In this document: piece after piece, positions 27,069-36,030 of the stretch
How the letters are laid out: every line of letters starts with the position of its first letter
Numbering within the stretch: the stretch's first letter is position 1
DNA from: Nitrososphaerota archaeon
Lineage (GTDB): Archaea > Thermoproteota > Nitrososphaeria_A > Caldarchaeales > Wolframiiraptoraceae
Length of the DNA: 64,000 nucleotides
Assembly (NCBI GenBank): GCA_021159365.1
Contig: JAGGRY010000043.1
Span: 6,418-70,417 of the forward strand
Direction: 5' to 3'
The notes under the pieces: generated by a model
Database searches by the model: none
What the model was told of the DNA's origin: nothing
What the model saw: the letters and a program-made list of their open reading frames with translations, nothing else
Program-made: the position numbers and the translations under genes

Positions 27069-28208
27069 ATGAATTGGGGTACAATCACAGCCTCGACAAT
27101 AGCTTGCGTTTTAGCGATACTTCTTCTCTTCTCATGCTTTCAATACAATATCCTTAACTCAGAATACATGAGTTTGTATAACCGCTATCACGATCTCAAG
27201 AGCAAGTATGAAGGGCTCCGAGAAGATTATCAGAAAGCCGTGTCAAAGTTGAAGACTATCTCGGAGGAGAATGCCGGGTTAAGGGAGAATTACACCAGAC
27301 TTATTGAGAGTTATGAGAAACTTAGGCTCCAATACGATGACGTGGAGAGCAGATATGAAGACTTGAAGGAGAAATACAGTAATCTAGTGTCAAAGTATTC
27401 TGAGATAAATGTAAGCCTTCCAAAGATTAAGAAGGGATTGGAGGAGATCTCGGATAGGATCCTCACTCCAAGCGATCGAATACCTGACATGTTGAAGCAG
27501 GCAAGTCCAGCGATGGTCAAAGACATAGTTTATAGAGAGCTTGAGTTAAGAGCCGAAACCCCTCCCGAAATCAAGGCCAAGAAGGTTCTCGAATGGATCA
27601 TGCTAAATTTGCACTATTCAGATGATGATTTCCACCAATACTTAATCGATAATAGATTGGAGTCATATCAAGACTTTCTTTCACTTCCAAATGAGACCCT
27701 CGTTAGAGGTGGTGGAGATTGCGAGGATCTGGCAGTCCTGGTGTACACGATGCTTAAGGCCGTCCTCAAGAAAGGTGAGCAGATCTACATAGTTCAGATA
27801 ACCGGTAGGGGATTGCGGCACGTGGGCGTTATATACGAACTCGAGGATAAGTTTATGATATTAGATCCAGCTGGAGGCTATGTAACCGATGCAAAAATAT
27901 CGTTGGAGATGTCCGTGAAGAGAGGATTAAAGGCCTATAAGATCTGGTTGAATCCGCTTGCAATAAGACGAGAGGGGAAGAAATTTTTGATGGAGAGTGG
28001 ATTTGCCAAGTTGATTTATATGAAGCCTTCGAGCGTCGAAGAAGGAGAGGCTTATAAATTTCTTGAAGCCGATGATGCCGTGACTCTATGGCTTAACTAC
28101 TGGAGGGAAGAGATGATTCATCCGAGCATCAGCATGGTGGCGAACGACACGTTCGTCAAAACCTTCACCTCAACTCAAGAATTCTTAGATTGGATGGAGA
28201 AATCTTAG
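27069..28208 (+). CDS. membrane-anchored coiled-coil protein with transglutaminase-like cysteine-protease core
   Basis: N-terminal TM helix, an ~85-aa Tyr/Leu heptad coiled coil, then GGGDCEDLAVLVYTMLKA (Cys), RHVGVIY (His) and ILDPAGG (Asp). Confidence 0.6.
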   Translation: MNWGTITASTIACVLAILLLFSCFQYNILNSEYMSLYNRYHDLKSKYEGLREDYQKAVSKLKTISEENAGLRENYTRLIESYEKLRLQYDDVESRYEDLKEKYSNLVSKYSEINVSLPKIKKGLEEISDRILTPSDRIPDMLKQASPAMVKDIVYRELELRAETPPEIKAKKVLEWIMLNLHYSDDDFHQYLIDNRLESYQDFLSLPNETLVRGGGDCEDLAVLVYTMLKAVLKKGEQIYIVQITGRGLRHVGVIYELEDKFMILDPAGGYVTDAKISLEMSVKRGLKAYKIWLNPLAIRREGKKFLMESGFAKLIYMKPSSVEEGEAYKFLEADDAVTLWLNYWREEMIHPSISMVANDTFVKTFTSTQEFLDWMEKS

Positions 28209-28273
28209 ATTAATCCCTTAACCGCCGATCAGAGTATTTATACATGACATGAAGTTTACTTAGTTGAGGGAGA

Positions 28274-29308
28274 ATGGGGGTTAAGCTTAGAGACATAATT
28301 CCTCCTGAGGCCATGGAGAAGATAAGCCTAGAAGCCTTAGCCGGTAGGGCGATCGCGCTCGATGCCTATAATATCCTCTACCAGTTCATCACGATAATTA
28401 GGGGACCTGATGGGAGGCCTCTCATGGATAGGAGAGGTAGGATTACGAGTCATTTAAGCGGGATCTTCTTCAGGACGATAAACTTCATGAAGCTTGGAAT
28501 CAAGCCCATATTTGTCTATGATGGAAGACCTCCGGAACTCAAGAGAGAAACCGTTGAAAAGAGGGAGGAGAGAAGAGCTGAGGCTGCAAAACTCTACGAG
28601 ATGGCGTTGGCCGAGGGGAGAATTGAGGAAGCTCAGAAATATGCCAAGCAAGCGGCAACCCTAAATGAGTTCATAGTCGAGAGTTCGAAGAAGTTATTGA
28701 AGCTCATGGGGATTCCGATAGTTCAGGCTCCAAGCGAGGGTGAGGCTCAGGCAGCATATCTCGTCAAACATGGAGATGCCTACGCCTCTGGATCGCAGGA
28801 CTTCGACTCCCTCCTCTTCGGATCTCCAAGACTTGTCAGGAATCTCTCAATAGTTGGAAGGAGGAAGCTTCCGGGTAGGAAGGAGTATGTTGAGGTCGAG
28901 CCTGAGATAATATACTTGGATAAACTCTTAGACTCTCTAAAGATCACGAGAGAACAGTTGATAGATATCGGAATCTTAATTGGAACGGATTATTGTGATG
29001 GAGTTAAGGGAGTTGGACCCAAAACCGCGTTAAAGCTTGTTAGAGAATATGGTTCCGCCGAGAAGGCTTTGAAGGCTTTGGGAAAGAGCTTGGAGAGAGA
29101 TCCAGCGGAGATCAGAGAATTGTTCCTAAACCCAAACATCACGGAAGAGTTTGAGGTGGCGTGGAGTGAACCCGATTATGATGGAATTAAAAGCATGCTC
29201 TGCTATGAGCACGACTTCTCCGAAAACAGGGTTGAAAAAGCTTTAGATGAGCTTAGATCTGCGTTGAAAAAGAGTAAGGGGGTCACAAGTCTAGATCAAT
29301 GGCTTTAA
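28274..29308 (+). CDS. fen: flap endonuclease 1
   Basis: MGVKLRDIIP...AIALDAYNILYQFI...VYDGRPPELK...APSEGEAQAAYL...SQDFDSLLFG...GTDYC..GVKGVGPKTA, with a C-terminal PIP-like SLDQWL. Confidence 0.95.
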   Translation: MGVKLRDIIPPEAMEKISLEALAGRAIALDAYNILYQFITIIRGPDGRPLMDRRGRITSHLSGIFFRTINFMKLGIKPIFVYDGRPPELKRETVEKREERRAEAAKLYEMALAEGRIEEAQKYAKQAATLNEFIVESSKKLLKLMGIPIVQAPSEGEAQAAYLVKHGDAYASGSQDFDSLLFGSPRLVRNLSIVGRRKLPGRKEYVEVEPEIIYLDKLLDSLKITREQLIDIGILIGTDYCDGVKGVGPKTALKLVREYGSAEKALKALGKSLERDPAEIRELFLNPNITEEFEVAWSEPDYDGIKSMLCYEHDFSENRVEKALDELRSALKKSKGVTSLDQWL

Positions 29309-29313
29309 CCAGC

Positions 29314-29595
29314 CTAGTGTTCCATCTCTTCCCTCTTAATGAGCTCGACGATCTTTCGCTCAGCATCTAAGCTTAGGACTCTCACCTTATCTCTTATCTC
29401 GAGTCTCATTAACATGTGCCTAAGCTCCGGCAAGGTTAAATCTATTCCACGTTTCCTGAGCTCTTCGAGTAGATTTAACTCTAGAGATTTTCCCCCAAGC
29501 TTATCCAGAACCTCTACTATTCTTGAGTAAGCTTCGCTTCCAGGTCTCGAAATATGTTTTACAGCCTTCTTACCAGCTCTCTTCATGTTCTTCAA
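29314..29595 (-). CDS. small hypothetical protein (wHTH-like), translationally coupled to cdc48
   Basis: 93 aa. Its ATG overlaps the cdc48 stop (ATGA). [49 protein letters not shown] looks winged-helix-like. Confidence 0.45.
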   Translation of the reverse strand: MKNMKRAGKKAVKHISRPGSEAYSRIVEVLDKLGGKSLELNLLEELRKRGIDLTLPELRHMLMRLEIRDKVRVLSLDAERKIVELIKREEMEH

Positions 29596-31766
29596 CCTAT
29601 CATAGTCAGCTGTCTCTCATGATATCTCAATAACTCTCCAACCCTCTCATACTCCTTAACCATCTGTGGAGAGATGCTGGGCTTAACCATCTTCAACGCC
29701 TCTTCGAAGTCCATCTTTGAGACATACTCCGCATCGAGGCTTCTTCTAAGAGCGTTCATGGCCGCTTCCCTACAGAGAGCTGCTAGATCTGCTCCTGAAT
29801 ATCCCTCGGTTCTAGAGGCGAGCTCCTTTAAAGATACATTTGGCGATAGAGGCATCTTCCTCGTATAGATCTTCAGGATCTCATATCTTCCCTTCTCATC
29901 TGGAGGTGGAACATAGATTAGCCTATCAAATCTTCCAGGCCTCAAGGCGGCTGGATCCATCAAATCCGGCCTATTCGTCGCCCCAATAACTATAACATCC
30001 GAAAGCTCCTCTATTCCGTCTATCTCGGCCAAGAACTGGCTTGCAACTCTATTCGCAACTCCAGATGAGTCATCAATCATATCTTTTCTCGATATTATTG
30101 ACTCGACTTCATCGAAGAAGACTACACATGGTGAGGCTTGCCTCGCTTTTCTGAATATCTCTCTTATCGCCTTCTCAGATTCCCCAACCCACTTATTGAA
30201 TATCTCAGGTCCTTTGATGGAGATGAAGTTCGCCTCGCTTTCAGTGGCTATAGCTCTTGCGAGCAACGTCTTACCACATCCAGGAGGACCATACAGTAAT
30301 ATGCCCTTCGGAGGCTTGATTCCAAGTTTCTCGAATTTCTCTGGATACTTTAGAGGCCATTCAACGGCTTCTATTAGCCTCCGCTTAACTTGTTCAAGTC
30401 CTCCGACATCTTCCCATCTAACGTTTGGGACCTCTATCTCAACTTCTCTTAGAGCTGTCGGGGTTATCTCCTTGAACGCGTTCATGAAGTCCTTCATAGT
30501 TACAACCAGATTATCTAAGATCTCCGGTGGAATCTTCTCCTCACTGAAATCTATGTTCGGCAGAATTCTCCTAATCGCCTTCATCGCCGCCTCTCTACAT
30601 AACGCAGCTAGATCTGCTCCAGTGTATCCTCTGGTTATTTCGGCGAGTTTATCGAGGTTCACGTCCTCTGCTAAGGGCATGCCCCTGGTGTGGATTTGGA
30701 GGATCTCCTTTCTCCCATTTCTATCAGGTATACCTATCTCAATTTCTCGGTCGAATCTTCCAGGTCTTCTGAGAGCTGGGTCGAGGGCGTTAGGTCTATT
30801 CGTCGCTCCAATAACTATGACTTGACCTCTTGATTCAAGTCCATCCATCAGGGCTAATAATTGGGCTACAACTCTCTTCTCAACCTCTCCCGTGACTTCG
30901 CTTCTCTTCGGAGCGATTGCGTCGAGCTCGTCGATGAATATTATTGATGGAGCTTCTTCCTCAGCCTTCCTAAAGATCTCTCTAAGCCTCGCCTCGGTCT
31001 CGCCATAATACTTGTTCATGATCTCAGGTCCATTTATCAGGATGAAATTCGCCTCGGCCTCGGTTGCTACCGCCTTCGCCAATAACGTCTTACCGCATCC
31101 AGGAGGACCGTATAGCAAGACCCCTTTTGGAGGATCTATTCCGAGCTTCTGGAATAGTTCTGGATATCTTAATGGAAGCTCTATCATCTCCCTGATTCTC
31201 TGGATCTGTTCCTGCAGTCCTCCAATATCCTCATAGGTTACACTCGTTCTAAACGCTCTCTCTTGAACCACCTTGCTGTGAATCACGAGCTTCGTCTTCG
31301 GGGTTATCTTAACTATTCCAGATGGCCTAGTCTGAATAACTGCGAAGGTGAATAAGTTTCCGAAGAATAGGACTGGAACGATATTCTTCTGAACAAGTGG
31401 ATATTCTATCAATCTGCTCTTAACAAGCCTCGTGAAGTTTTCATCAGGTCTTATCGAAGAACTCACCGGAGCCAATACGACTAATTGGGCTTCCTTCACA
31501 TTCGCCTTCCTAACGGTCACCCAATCGTTTAGGGAGACTCCAGCATTACTTCTGATATAACCATCTATTCTAATTACATCTTTCTCATCTTCAAGGTATC
31601 CTAGCCAGAGGGTTGCGGCTGCAATTTTTCTACCCCTAATCTCAACCATATCTCCGGTCTGGAATCCAGCTGAGGCTCCGACTTCTCTATCTATTCTCGC
31701 TATACCATATCCGACGTCTCTTTGACGAGCTTCAGCGACCCTCAACCTCAGCTCCCTAACTTTCAT
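29592..31766 (-). CDS. cdc48: CDC48/VCP-like AAA+ ATPase (paralog 1)
   Basis: N-domain [19 protein letters not shown]. Two AAA modules, each with [13 protein letters not shown] / [13 protein letters not shown] Walker A, DELD/DEVE Walker B, and SRH motifs. Confidence 0.95.
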   Translation of the reverse strand: MKVRELRLRVAEARQRDVGYGIARIDREVGASAGFQTGDMVEIRGRKIAAATLWLGYLEDEKDVIRIDGYIRSNAGVSLNDWVTVRKANVKEAQLVVLAPVSSSIRPDENFTRLVKSRLIEYPLVQKNIVPVLFFGNLFTFAVIQTRPSGIVKITPKTKLVIHSKVVQERAFRTSVTYEDIGGLQEQIQRIREMIELPLRYPELFQKLGIDPPKGVLLYGPPGCGKTLLAKAVATEAEANFILINGPEIMNKYYGETEARLREIFRKAEEEAPSIIFIDELDAIAPKRSEVTGEVEKRVVAQLLALMDGLESRGQVIVIGATNRPNALDPALRRPGRFDREIEIGIPDRNGRKEILQIHTRGMPLAEDVNLDKLAEITRGYTGADLAALCREAAMKAIRRILPNIDFSEEKIPPEILDNLVVTMKDFMNAFKEITPTALREVEIEVPNVRWEDVGGLEQVKRRLIEAVEWPLKYPEKFEKLGIKPPKGILLYGPPGCGKTLLARAIATESEANFISIKGPEIFNKWVGESEKAIREIFRKARQASPCVVFFDEVESIISRKDMIDDSSGVANRVASQFLAEIDGIEELSDVIVIGATNRPDLMDPAALRPGRFDRLIYVPPPDEKGRYEILKIYTRKMPLSPNVSLKELASRTEGYSGADLAALCREAAMNALRRSLDAEYVSKMDFEEALKMVKPSISPQMVKEYERVGELLRYHERQLTMIG

Positions 31767-31844
31767 CTGAATAATCCTTTACGAGGCTACTATTTAAGCC
31801 AAAGCTGTTCAAAAATTAGCTATGCCTGATTCAGGTTTATTAGG

Positions 31845-32111
31845 TTAAAGTCTCGTGCTCATTAAAACATTTATCTCCTGAATATCTTCGAATCCCTTAA
31901 GATATTCTTCAAGTCTCGCCGACGCCCTCTCCTCTTCTGGTAGAGTGAACATCGCCTCGATGACGGACATCCCGAAGGCAAATGGCTTAATCTTCACATC
32001 CTTTAACTCGAATCCGCTTGGAAGATCCTCTCTAATCCTCTGGACTAGATTGTTTAGGTCGACGTCCTGATCCGCAGGCATTATTCTCAAAACCATGGCT
32101 ATTCTGGCCAT
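31845..32111 (-). CDS. ef1b: translation elongation factor aEF-1 beta
   Basis: MARIAMVLRIMPADQDVDLNNLVQRIREDLPSGFELKDVKIKPFAFGMSVIEAMF is the typical aEF-1beta sequence. Confidence 0.85.
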   Translation of the reverse strand: MARIAMVLRIMPADQDVDLNNLVQRIREDLPSGFELKDVKIKPFAFGMSVIEAMFTLPEEERASARLEEYLKGFEDIQEINVLMSTRL

Positions 32112-32116
32112 TCCTT

Positions 32117-32296
32117 TCACGGCCCCCTAAAACCACAGGATGGGCAGACATATGGTCTCGCGAGCTCTCTACACTTCTCGCATCTCCATATTCTAACCCT
32201 ACCGCAATTTGGACACGGGAAGTTTACGGCTCGTTCATGCGGATCTATCGGCCTCCTACACGACGTGCATAGCGGTAAAACTATCTGTTCGCTCAT
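32117..32296 (-). CDS. Zn-ribbon RNA-binding protein (COG2888-type), missed by the ORF track
   Basis: My translation gives a 59-aa ORF: MSEQIVLPLCTSCRRPIDPHERAVNFPCPNCGRVRIWRCEKCRELARPYVCPSCGFRGP. It has four CxxC pairs and the conserved position directly upstream of ef1b. Confidence 0.8.
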   Translation of the reverse strand: MSEQIVLPLCTSCRRPIDPHERAVNFPCPNCGRVRIWRCEKCRELARPYVCPSCGFRGP

Positions 32297-32329
32297 CTCC
32301 TAGATTACCGGCTTAGACCACAATATAAG

Positions 32330-33478
32330 TTATTTGAGAAAGTTTCCGAGAACAGATGAGATGAGCTTCACGATCATCTTCGGAGAATAAATGATCCTCT
32401 TCAAGGAAGTTGCTTGGAAATCCATATCTCCAAGTCTTCTCAAATCATCCCCGATCGACGTGTCCTCGGCGAGCTTGAAGATTTTATCATAAAGTCTTAT
32501 AGGGACATTCTCGATGAATCTCCTCAGGTGGAAGATCTGCTTGAGCTCTCGATAAATCCTTCTCGCTTCCCTTACATAGCTATTCGGATCGTTTCCTAAT
32601 TCGAGTTCGGATAGGGCTGAGGCCATATTGATCGATATTAGACCTCCCATTACCACTCCGCCTCCGGTCGTCGCCTTAACATGGCCAGCCGCATCTCCAA
32701 CAGGTATGAATCTCTCATTCAGTTCCGTCCAAGTAGGTCTCCCAACATATATCACGTATGATATCTTTTTGAGGACCTTTATCCTCGGAAACTCCTCTGA
32801 GATGAATTTACGCATCCTAGGTTCTAATCCTTTAAGCTTGGTTGCAACTCCAAGTCTTCCAATCTCTTCATTTAATGGAATAAGGTATGCGAAGAAATCT
32901 GGGAGATATTCTTTGAAGTATAGGTGAACGAATTCCGGATCGAGTCCATGTTCCTCAATGGTTAGCTGGACTATCGGAATCCATCTCCTTTTATCCGGAG
33001 ACTTTCCGAGAATCTTTTTCATGAGATGAGAACTCATTCCCTCAGCATCTATAATCCAGTCTGCGGAAAATCTCTTCTCGCCGAGATTTAGATCGAAATT
33101 GTTTCCAATTCTCCTCACATCTCTTACCCTCACTCCACATGAGATCTCTCCACCCATCTCCTCAACCTCTTCACTAAGCATTCGATCGAATCTTTTCCTG
33201 CTTATCACTGCGGCGACCCATCTCTTAGCATCAAGCTTGAATTCATAGCCTGAAGGTGAATGGAATATGGCTCCTCTAATGAGGTTTAAGACGTATTTCA
33301 TGGGCTTTGGAGCGGAGATCATGCTTAAGCCCTTTAAACTCAATAGTCCTCCACATCTCTCGGGTAAGCCGATCTCGGAATCCTCTTCAAAGACATGGAC
33401 ATTTAACTCCCGCCTACATATCTCTCTAGCGGCGAGTAATCCGGCTGGCCCACCTCCTATTACAGCGACTTTAGCCAT
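32330..33478 (-). CDS. geranylgeranyl reductase family flavoprotein
   Basis: FAD motif VAVIGGGPAGLLAA and GDAAGHVKATTGGG. Size and layout match archaeal digeranylgeranylglycerophospholipid reductases. Confidence 0.8.
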   Translation of the reverse strand: MAKVAVIGGGPAGLLAAREICRRELNVHVFEEDSEIGLPERCGGLLSLKGLSMISAPKPMKYVLNLIRGAIFHSPSGYEFKLDAKRWVAAVISRKRFDRMLSEEVEEMGGEISCGVRVRDVRRIGNNFDLNLGEKRFSADWIIDAEGMSSHLMKKILGKSPDKRRWIPIVQLTIEEHGLDPEFVHLYFKEYLPDFFAYLIPLNEEIGRLGVATKLKGLEPRMRKFISEEFPRIKVLKKISYVIYVGRPTWTELNERFIPVGDAAGHVKATTGGGVVMGGLISINMASALSELELGNDPNSYVREARRIYRELKQIFHLRRFIENVPIRLYDKIFKLAEDTSIGDDLRRLGDMDFQATSLKRIIYSPKMIVKLISSVLGNFLK

Positions 33479-33548
33479 CGTCTAAGACTTGTTTAAAGCC
33501 TAAAAATATGAGCATATCTCTATTTGATGCTGGAGGCGGTGGAGCGGC

Positions 33549-33827
33549 TTGAAGAAGGTTAGGGCTCATGTGATAATCTCCGGCAGAGTTCAGGGCGTAT
33601 TCTATAGGGTTAACGCGAAGCGGATGGCGGACAAGATTGGGGTTAAGGGCTGGATAAGAAATCTTCCGGATGGCAGGGTTGAGGCCGTATTTGAGGGAGA
33701 TGAGGAAGCTGTTAAGAGAATGTTATCATGGTGTTGGGTTGGACCAGCTGGAGCGAGGGTTACGAATATAGATGTTGAGTGGGAGGAATATCTCGGAGAA
33801 TATGATAACTTTAAGGTTCTCTATTAA
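33549..33827 (+). CDS. acyP: acylphosphatase
   Basis: VIISGRVQGVFYRVNAKRMADKIGVKGWIRNLPDGRVEAVFEG signature. TTG start. Confidence 0.9.
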   Translation: MKKVRAHVIISGRVQGVFYRVNAKRMADKIGVKGWIRNLPDGRVEAVFEGDEEAVKRMLSWCWVGPAGARVTNIDVEWEEYLGEYDNFKVLY

Positions 33828-35235
33828 GACTATCGGCCAAGACCTTCCTCCCACTCTCGGTCAAGTGATACTTCCTAACCATCCTTCTACCCAATCCTCT
33901 CTCGGGGGGCTTCGATACTATTAATCCCATCCGAAGGAGTTCCGAGAGATGTTGATAGATCGTCGGAAGCTTGAACTCTAATCCATAAGTGATTTTAAGG
34001 GCCTTCCACAACTCATATCCATACATGCTCCTCTCAGACAATAGCTTGAGTATCTTGAGCTTGGTTCCAGAAACCCTAACATGTTTAGGATAACTGAGCT
34101 TAAACAACTCCCTTATCGACGCCGGATCCTTAAGCCCAGAACCCGTTATCATGCAGACGACCTTCTCAGATCTATCGATTAAACCATCGTTCACGGCGAT
34201 CCTTAAGGCGGCGATCGAAGCCGCTGCAGCCGGCTCCGCCAAGATTCCTTCAGTCTTTGCTAGGAGTTTTATTGATTCTAAGATCTCATCTTCCTCTACC
34301 ATTATCGCCGAGCCGCCGGAGCTTCTGATCGCTTTCAAGACTATCGATCCTAAAATCGGGCTCGGCTCCGATATGTCTGGAAATATCATCTTACAGTCTT
34401 TCTTGGGCTCAATTTCGTCCAAACCCTTCTTAAAGGCCTCCACAATTGGAGCGCATCCAGAAGCTTGAACTCCATAAAGTCTTGGAAGATTTCCCTTGAT
34501 TAGCCCAAGTGATTCAGCTTCATTCAACGCTTTCCACGTCGCTGTTAAGTTGCTTCCAGTACCCATGGTTATGAAGATGGCGTCCGGAGGATTCCAGTCT
34601 AATTGTTCAAGGATCTCAAGGGTCGAGGTCTTAAGCCCATCTAAGAAGAATGGATTGTATGGCTCGACGAGATGCCCATCCCCAAGATGATTGAATCTTC
34701 TAGAGGAATAGATGAGTTCAGCGTCATAGGCCAAGGCTTGGAGAATCTTCGCCTGCTCAGCTCCAGGTAAGACGTAAACCCTGCATGGGATTCCGGCCTT
34801 AACAGCGTAAGCGGCGAGCGATGCAGCCAAGTTTCCTCTAGAAATGCATTCCAAACATCTTACATCGGAGTGGAGGGCCATGGTGACTTCGATCGTTGAA
34901 CCCCTATCCAAGAAGGATCCAGTCGGATTCATGGTCTCATTCTTCAGGTAAAGATTCCTCAATCCAAGTTCTCGGCCAAGCCTCTCAGCCCGTTGAAGAT
35001 ACGTTCCACCTTCTCCCAAGCTCACGGGCTCCCCAACAGCTTTAGGCAGGAGTTCGAGGTATCTCCAGACTCCAAGAGGTCTAGACTCTATAATCGTCCT
35101 GAGCTCACTTCCTCTCATTCTCAAGCCCTCAATTTGATGAGCTAAGAGTAGTGGGGAGCCGCATTCACAGAGCCTTAACCGGATGTCTGGAGGGTAAATT
35201 TTTCCGCATTGGATGCATTTTAGCTGGGAGTTCAT
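33811..35235 (-). CDS. threonine-synthase-fold protein lacking the PLP lysine, fused to a C-terminal PadR-type wHTH
   Basis: N-terminal Cys4 ribbon (CIQCG..CECG). ThrC motifs SLGEGGT, NPTGSF-L-DRG (Leu where the Schiff-base Lys belongs), SRGN, GTGSN and ITGSGLKD. C-terminus: KILKLLSERSMYGYELWKAL...TIYQHLSELLRMGLIVS...RKYHLTESGRKVL. Confidence 0.8.
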   Translation of the reverse strand: MNSQLKCIQCGKIYPPDIRLRLCECGSPLLLAHQIEGLRMRGSELRTIIESRPLGVWRYLELLPKAVGEPVSLGEGGTYLQRAERLGRELGLRNLYLKNETMNPTGSFLDRGSTIEVTMALHSDVRCLECISRGNLAASLAAYAVKAGIPCRVYVLPGAEQAKILQALAYDAELIYSSRRFNHLGDGHLVEPYNPFFLDGLKTSTLEILEQLDWNPPDAIFITMGTGSNLTATWKALNEAESLGLIKGNLPRLYGVQASGCAPIVEAFKKGLDEIEPKKDCKMIFPDISEPSPILGSIVLKAIRSSGGSAIMVEEDEILESIKLLAKTEGILAEPAAAASIAALRIAVNDGLIDRSEKVVCMITGSGLKDPASIRELFKLSYPKHVRVSGTKLKILKLLSERSMYGYELWKALKITYGLEFKLPTIYQHLSELLRMGLIVSKPPERGLGRRMVRKYHLTESGRKVLADSLNREP

Positions 35236-35238
35236 TTA

Positions 35239-35250
35239 CCTATATATAGG
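35239..35250. promoter_or_regulatory. palindromic TATA element CCTATATATAGG in a divergent promoter region
   Basis: Perfect 12-nt palindrome 4 nt from the ThrC-like gene start codon. A second TATA-like CTTATATC lies at 35257-35264, facing the + strand gene. Confidence 0.4.
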
Positions 35251-35271
35251 CAATCCCTTATATCTCCCTAT

Positions 35272-35285
35272 CGCTCAGCTGAGCG
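35272..35285. promoter_or_regulatory. perfect 14-nt palindrome CGCTCAGCTGAGCG (operator-like)
   Basis: Read directly from the sequence. It lies between the TATA-like box (35257-35264) and the ATG at 35289, which is where an archaeal repressor would block initiation. Confidence 0.4.
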
Positions 35286-35288
35286 CAG

Positions 35289-35993
35289 ATGAATAGATCT
35301 AAGTCCTTGATAGCCGCTAAGCTCGCGCTCTCAACGGCCTTAGTTATGGCCTCGACCATGGCGATAAATGTCTATGTTCCAGCGACCCGCGGATACTTCA
35401 ATTTAGGCGAATGCATGATCTATTTGGTGGCCCTTCTCTTCGACCCGGTCACCGCCGCCTTTGCAGGTGGAATTGGATCTGCATTAGCGGATATAGCTTT
35501 AGGATACTTGATCTATGCTCCAGCGACTTTAGTGATTAAGGCAGCTGAGGGTGCTGTTGCCTCGAAACTTGCAAAGAAGATTAAAGCTAGAGGTGAATCC
35601 ATCCTTCTACCGATAGCTTTCCTGGTCGTGGCAGGATACTTCACCCTCATCCTCATAATCGGATACACGATCTTCGCGGGAGAAGTTGAGTTCACCCTCG
35701 CAAACTTTTTCGTTGTTAAAGGATTTCTAAGTCCGGTGACGTGGATTCCGATAGCCTTTGCCGCAACTCTCATTCCATTCTATCTAACTCTTAGAAGAAG
35801 AGGCGAGGGACTACTCATCGCCGCTCTCCTTTTATCAGGTCTCATCATGATCTCCGGATACTTCATCTACGAACAATTGATCTTAGGCTATTATGCGTTG
35901 GCGGAAGTTCCTGTGAATTTTGGGCAGGCGGTTCTTGGAACAGCTATCGCAATCCCGCTCTATAAGGCGGTTCAGAAAATTAGGGGCGCATAA
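35289..35993 (+). CDS. ECF-transporter S-component-like membrane protein (substrate unknown)
   Basis: Six or so TM helices. [52 protein letters not shown] resembles RibU/ThiW-type S components. No ECF A/T genes are in the window. Confidence 0.5.
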   Translation: MNRSKSLIAAKLALSTALVMASTMAINVYVPATRGYFNLGECMIYLVALLFDPVTAAFAGGIGSALADIALGYLIYAPATLVIKAAEGAVASKLAKKIKARGESILLPIAFLVVAGYFTLILIIGYTIFAGEVEFTLANFFVVKGFLSPVTWIPIAFAATLIPFYLTLRRRGEGLLIAALLLSGLIMISGYFIYEQLILGYYALAEVPVNFGQAVLGTAIAIPLYKAVQKIRGA

Positions 35994-36030
35994 ATGTCTG
36001 AGCTTATTTAATGTTCTCGGAAACCGTTAT

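Noticed and set aside
30196-30825. 209-aa + strand ORF, plus similar 60-110-aa ORFs antisense to cdc48, alaS, aIF5B, gltX, gcvP and others.
   Set aside because: Each lies entirely inside and antisense to a strongly supported conserved gene. They have low-complexity Ser/Leu/Pro-rich composition and no motifs, which is typical of shadow ORFs.
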